Origin: Thermodesulfobacteriota bacterium
Lineage (GTDB): Bacteria; Desulfobacterota_D; UBA1144; Nemesobacterales; UBA2774
Length of the DNA stretch: 64,000 nucleotides
NCBI GenBank assembly: GCA_965223335.1
Contig: OZ244991.1
Location: 896,001 to 960,000, forward strand
Direction: 5' to 3'
Made by a program: the position numbers and the translations under genes. This document shows, one piece after another, positions 58,389 through 64,000 of this stretch. Each line of letters begins with the position of its first letter. Positions within the stretch are counted from its first letter, which is position 1. The notes beneath the pieces are model-generated. The model was not told where the DNA came from. It searched no databases and worked only from the letters and a program-made list of their open reading frames with translations.

Positions 58389-59432
58389 ATGTACCAACAA
58401 TTAAAGATCGGTATCCTAGGTTTTGGCAGCATAGTGCAGAACGTGCACTTTAACACCCTGCGAAAATTAAATAATGTAGCAATATCCGCAATTGCAGATT
58501 CAAACCCCGAGCATTTAAAGATCGCGGGTTCGCTGGCACCCGATGCCGTTTTGTACAGCGACTACGATGAACTGCTCAAACAATCAGATACCGATGTTGT
58601 TTTAATCTGTCTGCCGAACCATATGCACTGTGATTCAGCCACAACAACACTCAGTCTCGGTAAACACGTATACCTCGAAAAACCAATAGCCTCTAACCTC
58701 TCAGACGGCTCCCGCGTGCTCGAGTCCTCGTATCAATCTCAGTCAAGGTGTATGGTAGGGTTCAATTTCCGTTTCAACGCACTGCACCAATTGGCTAAAG
58801 AGAAGATCGGTTCAGATATGATTGGCGCTATCAACAACGTACGCACCATATTCAGCTCTTCACTAGGCGCTTCGAGTGATTGGAAAAAATCTCGGGCCAC
58901 CGGTGGCGGGGTATTGCTTGATCTCGGGTCACACCACATTGACCTCATGCGTTACTTATTCAATGTGGAAATATCAGATGTTAGGGCGCGTGTGTGGTCG
59001 GTAAAGACAGAAGAGGACAATGCCGAATTAGAGCTGCGGCTTACAAACGGTACAGAGGTGCATTCATACTTCTCCCGAAGCTCCTCGGACCAAGACCTTA
59101 TCGAGATTTACGGTGCCCGAGGAACTATTAAAATCGATCGTTTTAATGCATTCAATTTAGACATAACAACACCGGGGGAGACCAAAACTAGATTAGGACA
59201 GTTTACTAACAAATTATCATCCATCATAAAGAGCCCTCTGTTGCTTGACCGGTTCATTTCACCAAAGCGGGAAAGATCGTACGAGGTTGCTATGGCTCAC
59301 TTTATAGACGCAATAATTAATAATAAAAAAGTTAGCCCCAACCTAAAAGACGGCTATAGGAGCCTCCAGGTAATCCACGCTGCAGAGGAATCTGCCAAAA
59401 CGGGTAATACCGTACAGGTTTCTGTTGATTAA
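58389..59432 (+). CDS. Gfo/Idh/MocA-family oxidoreductase
   Basis: GILGFGSI, GKHVYLEKP, VGFNFRF, GGGVLLDLGSHHID. Confidence 0.93.
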   Translation: MYQQLKIGILGFGSIVQNVHFNTLRKLNNVAISAIADSNPEHLKIAGSLAPDAVLYSDYDELLKQSDTDVVLICLPNHMHCDSATTTLSLGKHVYLEKPIASNLSDGSRVLESSYQSQSRCMVGFNFRFNALHQLAKEKIGSDMIGAINNVRTIFSSSLGASSDWKKSRATGGGVLLDLGSHHIDLMRYLFNVEISDVRARVWSVKTEEDNAELELRLTNGTEVHSYFSRSSSDQDLIEIYGARGTIKIDRFNAFNLDITTPGETKTRLGQFTNKLSSIIKSPLLLDRFISPKRERSYEVAMAHFIDAIINNKKVSPNLKDGYRSLQVIHAAEESAKTGNTVQVSVD

Positions 59433-59476
59433 CATCCATCTTGCATAAGCATGAAGTCCCACCATAACAATCCGGT

Positions 59477-60460
59477 ATGAAAAACACTTCATCTCCACAG
59501 ATGTCTGTCATCATATGTGCACCTAATGGCTATCACATAGTCCGTAAGACTGTTGAACACTTAAGAAGACAGACCGCTGTGGACCAGCTCGAACTAATCA
59601 TAATGACACCGTCTCTGTCCACCCTCGATACGACTGATTCTGACCTTGGTTGTTTCTACCAGACCTCTATATATGAGGCCGACACTAACAAAATTGCACA
59701 AACCCGTTCCATAGCCGTACAAAAAGCACTGTCACCTATAGTAGTATTTGCAGAGGACCATTCCTTCCCCGAGCCCAGGTGGGCCGAAGCAATGATCCAT
59801 GCACACAAGGGTCCATGGGCAGCTGTAGGACCCGTAGTGTGTAATGCAAACCCTGGAAATGTTAATAGCTGGGCACAGTACTTCATGACCTACGGACGTT
59901 GGTCCGAGCCTATTGAAAGCGATGAAATCGACGATCTCCCGGGACATAACAGTTCATATAAAAAAGAATTTCTTCTACAATACGATGACGAGCTACACAT
60001 TAAACTCTTGAGAGAGTATTTCCTACACCGCGACCTTCGACAAAGAGGCTACAAACTTTATTTAGAATCACGGGCCCGCACACACCATATTAATGTTTCT
60101 ATCTACTCCTCGATTTTAAGCGATATGTACACAGGCGGCCGGTTATTTGCTGCTGCACAGGTGTTAAATGACAACTGGTCCCCTTCCACACGCCTCTTTA
60201 GAGCTTTATACGAACCACTTGTCATGTTCAGATATTTCTTGAGTATATTAAAAAACACTAAAAGATCCGGGAAATGGAAGGATCTATACCCTAAATTCAT
60301 CCCGATACTGGTCTCCGGGGTCTCAGCACACCTATTTGGAAAGATAGTCGGCTACATTTTTGGTCTAGGTAATTCAGAGTACAAGGCACACGATTTTGAA
60401 TTTAACCGGTCTAAACATATAACAGATAGCGATAAAGATCTACTAAAAACTTCTTATTAA
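59477..60460 (+). CDS. Glycosyltransferase family 2
   Basis: MSVII, LRRQT, VFAEDH (DxD-equivalent), PGHNSSY; C-terminal hydrophobic helices. Confidence 0.82.
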   Translation: MKNTSSPQMSVIICAPNGYHIVRKTVEHLRRQTAVDQLELIIMTPSLSTLDTTDSDLGCFYQTSIYEADTNKIAQTRSIAVQKALSPIVVFAEDHSFPEPRWAEAMIHAHKGPWAAVGPVVCNANPGNVNSWAQYFMTYGRWSEPIESDEIDDLPGHNSSYKKEFLLQYDDELHIKLLREYFLHRDLRQRGYKLYLESRARTHHINVSIYSSILSDMYTGGRLFAAAQVLNDNWSPSTRLFRALYEPLVMFRYFLSILKNTKRSGKWKDLYPKFIPILVSGVSAHLFGKIVGYIFGLGNSEYKAHDFEFNRSKHITDSDKDLLKTSY

Positions 60461-60481
60461 CAACTGCAACTAGTCCCTTCG

Positions 60482-61669
60482 ATGAAAATTCTTCTGATCA
60501 ACGATTACGGCACACCTACGGGTGGATCCGAAAACCATATACTACAACTAAGAGAGTCTCTCCGAAAACTAGGCCACGACGCAAGGCTCTTCACAAGCAG
60601 CGCCAACACGGGTACTACCGATATACACTCCGATTACACCTGCTTCGGCACCACATCTTCGCTGAGAACAGTTCTTCAGTCACTAAACCCCTGGGCCTAT
60701 TTCAAATTGCGTAGTGTGCTCTCCCAGTTTCAACCCGACCTTGTATACGTAAACATATTCCTCACTCAACTATCACCCATTATACTCCCTCTACTCAACA
60801 ATATTCCCTCATTCTATCACGTAGTGTGGTATAGACCCATCTGTTTCACCGGCACAAAATTCTTTCCGAACAACAACGTTTGTAATACCCGATATGGACT
60901 CGCTTGCTATCGTAACAACTGCGTGCCGATTAGGGATTGGATCCCGCTTACACTACAGATGATAATGTGGAAACATTGGCGGGGGGTATTCAATAAAATT
61001 CTTGCTAACAGCTCTCACCTAAAAGACAGGCTCGAAGCTGAGGGGTTCACGGATGTAGACGTTATAGAACACCACTTTCAGCATCTACCCGATAAAACCA
61101 GACAATCCAAAACACCGACCGTGACATATGCGGGAAGGTTGGTTAAAGAAAAAGGCGTAGATATTCTCCTTAGGGGTTTTACGATAGTTCTAGAAAACCA
61201 TCCTCAGTGTAGGCTTCAAATTGCAGGTGAAGGCCCTGAGCATAACAGATTAACAAACCTAAGCAAAGAACTCGGTATATCTGAAAATACCGAGTTTCTG
61301 GGTCATGTCTCTCACAGAGACATAGACAATCGACTGGGGGGCTCTTGGATACAGGTTGTCCCCTCGATCTGGGAAGAGCCGTTTGGGATGGTTGCAGTAG
61401 AATCCATGCTCCGCGGGACCACTGTAATCGCAAGCTCTACCGGGGGGCTTAAGGAAATTATTATCCACGAGAAAACCGGGCTGCTTGTACCTCCCGGCGA
61501 TGTGGGCGCACTTGCCCGAGCAATGATAAGAGTAATTACTGATCATGAGCTACGCTACTGTCTTAGCCACGAAGGCAAGCAGTTTGCAATATCACGTTTT
61601 AAAAATAATAACGCAGACATTTTAATTAACCTTTACGAATCGCTTTACAATAATTCACCTACTGTATAA
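60482..61669 (+). CDS. Glycosyltransferase family 4 (paralog 2)
   Basis: GGSE, YAGRLVKEKG, PSIWEEPFG...ESM. Confidence 0.92.
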   Translation: MKILLINDYGTPTGGSENHILQLRESLRKLGHDARLFTSSANTGTTDIHSDYTCFGTTSSLRTVLQSLNPWAYFKLRSVLSQFQPDLVYVNIFLTQLSPIILPLLNNIPSFYHVVWYRPICFTGTKFFPNNNVCNTRYGLACYRNNCVPIRDWIPLTLQMIMWKHWRGVFNKILANSSHLKDRLEAEGFTDVDVIEHHFQHLPDKTRQSKTPTVTYAGRLVKEKGVDILLRGFTIVLENHPQCRLQIAGEGPEHNRLTNLSKELGISENTEFLGHVSHRDIDNRLGGSWIQVVPSIWEEPFGMVAVESMLRGTTVIASSTGGLKEIIIHEKTGLLVPPGDVGALARAMIRVITDHELRYCLSHEGKQFAISRFKNNNADILINLYESLYNNSPTV

Positions 61670-61684
61670 ATTCGGTGTAACACT

Positions 61685-63148
61685 TTGTCATCATTAGATA
61701 AAACAATTTCAATCGACCGTTTTTCTGTATTCGCTGTGCTATGGGCAATGGCCATGATTTTTCATGTTGGCAAATGGGGCTCTTGGATACAATCTCCTGT
61801 AACATTTGCCCTTGCAGTCTCAGCTTTCTATGTGCTCTTAAAGCCCTCTTCAATATTGCGTTTTTTAATAATGATAGCACTCCAGTTATGGCTATCTTTA
61901 GATCAATTACCCTGGGGAGCAACGCATTGGCTGTTTGTAACCTTCGCCAACCTAACAATAGTGCTAGCGGTACTACTCAGTATAATAAGCACCAAGAAAA
62001 TTAGAATTGACCGAGACGAGTTCCTGAGCAGTTTTGCCCCCGCACTTAGACTAGAGCTCATTATCCTCTACTTCTTTGCGGTGTTTCACAAACTTAACGC
62101 CGATTGGTTCAACCCCCTTGTGAGCTGTGCTACACACCTTTTTAACCTAAGTTTCAGTTTTATCCCCGACTCGTCCGTCATTGACTATACGACTATTTAC
62201 GGGGTGCTATTAATCGAGGCATTTATCCCGATCTGTCTGATTATCCCTCGCACAAGGTATATCGGTATTTTCATCGCACTCGTATTTCATTTTGTATTGG
62301 GTATTAGCGGGTACTTTAATTTTTCTTCAATGATGTACGCCGTACTGTTTTTATTCACTCCCATTAATTTTGTCGAAACTTTCGAGCGAAGATTTCTCAA
62401 CACCGGGCTTATCTCGCACATCCACAAAAGTTTTATTAAACCGCTTAGCCGCTCGTTGGAAATACTGTTGGCAATACTAACTACCGCAGTCCTCATATAC
62501 TCCCCATGGGTCACACAAATACGCTATCCATCCCTTATCATTCGCGACGGGCTCTCTGCACAAAGACCTTTCTTATCCTATGGGGTAGAGCCGCTTTGGT
62601 GGGTTTACGGTTTGGCAATAATCGCAATTTTCATCTTATCGATTCATAAATCAAGAGAACTATGGCCCGGATACGCTCGTTTTTTCCTGCCCCCGCACAA
62701 GTTAGTGCTCCTCGTTCCAATACTGGTCTTCATAAACGGTCTATCCCCCTATCTGGGAATGAAAACTGAGAACACATGGTCCATGTTTAGCAACCTTAAA
62801 ACCGAACAAGGTACCACTAACCACTTATTAGTCTCCGATAAATTAAGTCTTTCAAACCACCAAGACGACCTCGTGCAGATACGCTCTTCTTCCGATTCCC
62901 AGCTCCAAAAAATCGCAGACACAGGATTTCTTATTCCCTATTTCGAACTCCGTTCATATATGCACCACAAATATACTAAAAATGGGTCAGTTATACCCGC
63001 GCTTACTTACACTAGGGGCGGAGACGAGCTTGTAGTAAACGACATCACTCAGGCTCCCGACCTATTCTCTCCCTACCCCGTATTGGTTCGGAAAGCACTT
63101 AGGTACAAACTGGTTTGGCCAGGGAATCCCAATATATGTATACATTAG
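61685..63148 (+). CDS. HTTM / vitamin K-dependent carboxylase-like polytopic membrane protein
   Basis: About 11 TM helices, LYFFAVFHKLNADW, IE...P..L, FH, PYLG.KT...SMFSNL.TE. Confidence 0.72.
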   Translation: MSSLDKTISIDRFSVFAVLWAMAMIFHVGKWGSWIQSPVTFALAVSAFYVLLKPSSILRFLIMIALQLWLSLDQLPWGATHWLFVTFANLTIVLAVLLSIISTKKIRIDRDEFLSSFAPALRLELIILYFFAVFHKLNADWFNPLVSCATHLFNLSFSFIPDSSVIDYTTIYGVLLIEAFIPICLIIPRTRYIGIFIALVFHFVLGISGYFNFSSMMYAVLFLFTPINFVETFERRFLNTGLISHIHKSFIKPLSRSLEILLAILTTAVLIYSPWVTQIRYPSLIIRDGLSAQRPFLSYGVEPLWWVYGLAIIAIFILSIHKSRELWPGYARFFLPPHKLVLLVPILVFINGLSPYLGMKTENTWSMFSNLKTEQGTTNHLLVSDKLSLSNHQDDLVQIRSSSDSQLQKIADTGFLIPYFELRSYMHHKYTKNGSVIPALTYTRGGDELVVNDITQAPDLFSPYPVLVRKALRYKLVWPGNPNICIH

Positions 63149-63226
63149 TGACAATTCTGTATAATCCATAGTTACATAGATAGCGATCGAATTACAAATA
63201 CCGAGTTCAAATAAAACTAACTGCCT

Positions 63227-64000
63227 ATGGACACTAAAACAGGTCTTGCAATCTTTGGAGTTGACGCCGGGGACCCCGAGTACATAACCAAATGGATCCG
63301 CGAAGGCCACCTCCCCAACATCGCTTCGATAATGCAGGAAGGTGTTTGGGCCAAGACCGGGGGTGCAGAACTCGTATCTGAGCACGGTGTATGGGTCTCT
63401 CTCTTAAGCGGTATCTCTCGTGTCCAACACGGATATTACTATTTCAGACAGCTCAAAAAGGGTACTTACGAATTGGAGACCGTAAAGGGTTCAGATATAG
63501 ATGCCCCTCCTTTTTGGTCGCAACTCGTGGGAGACAACACTGAGGTTGTTATTATAGACGCCCCGGAAACCCCGAAAGTTAAGGGACTCAGAGGTGCACA
63601 GCTCATAAACTGGGCATCTCATCAGAATTGGGACCCCACGAGTTACCCGCTTATGTCAGAGCCCCACACTCTTTTGGATATCATCGAGGACAAATTCGGT
63701 TCAAAAAAAGTGACAATTGAAAATAACTCGAGCACCTACAACCAAGACGTTGCGATTTACCGGGGGCTTTTGGATCAAATCAAGCTAAAAGGCCAGGTCG
63801 CACGCTATTTGCTCGAGAACAAAAATCCCGAGCTTTTCACAATCGTATTCGCAGAATCTCATGTGGCTAACCACCAGTTTTGGAAATACCTGCGTGACGG
63901 AACCCAAAACGGTGACGATAATAGTGAGTTGATAAACGCTGTACGCGATGTTTATAGCGCAATCGACCGCGAGATCGGTCTTATACGCAAGCAGCTTTCT
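63227..64000 (+). CDS. Alkaline phosphatase / nucleotide pyrophosphatase-family protein, 3'-truncated
   Basis: My translation: MDTKTGLAIFGVDAGDPEYITKWIREGHLPNIASIMQEG...W.SLLSG...HG...PFW...IDAP...ESHVANHQFW...VYSAIDREIG; open to the window end, so absent from the ORF track. Confidence 0.82.
   Translation, partial: MDTKTGLAIFGVDAGDPEYITKWIREGHLPNIASIMQEGVWAKTGGAELVSEHGVWVSLLSGISRVQHGYYYFRQLKKGTYELETVKGSDIDAPPFWSQLVGDNTEVVIIDAPETPKVKGLRGAQLINWASHQNWDPTSYPLMSEPHTLLDIIEDKFGSKKVTIENNSSTYNQDVAIYRGLLDQIKLKGQVARYLLENKNPELFTIVFAESHVANHQFWKYLRDGTQNGDDNSELINAVRDVYSAIDREIGLIRKQLS

Noticed and set aside
1..64000. CRISPR arrays, tRNA/rRNA, IS elements, prophage or anti-phage defence genes
   Set aside because: No regularly spaced repeats, cloverleafs, transposases, integrases or recognisable defence domains seen by eye; mazG and HIT are housekeeping types in conserved contexts.

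Overview
Gene-dense bacterial chromosome segment with about 60 CDSs and no rRNA, tRNA, CRISPR array, integrase or transposase that I could detect. The gene content points to a diderm, deltaproteobacterium-like organism; Candidatus Dadabacteria is a guess, not demonstrated. Housekeeping blocks include acs, uppP-uvrA, maf-yggS-proC-yggT, fabH, aroA-cmk-rpsA-sppA-HIT-lapA-lipA, apgM, mazG and erpA/iscA. A cobalamin riboswitch precedes a corrinoid-uptake operon (btuB, a beta-propeller lipoprotein, two BtuF-fold proteins, btuD, btuC). F420-linked genes are present (npdG, two divergent LLM oxidoreductases). The least explained parts are: (i) a three-gene module of a YIDPGSGS micro-protein, a kinase-like/SAM-methyltransferase fusion and a membrane sulfatase-fold transferase (10.1-13.2 kb); (ii) a glycosylation locus (54.8 kb to window end) in which an FAD oxidoreductase carries a C-terminal membrane domain that recurs as the next standalone gene, followed by two Cys4-containing GT4 paralogs, a Gfo/Idh/MocA reductase, a GT2, an HTTM protein and an AlkP-family enzyme; (iii) a beta-CASP-like protein that lacks its metal ligands but ends in a clamp-binding-like motif; (iv) an AccA-AccD carboxyltransferase fused in alpha-then-beta order. 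All assignments are by motif recognition only; no searches were run.
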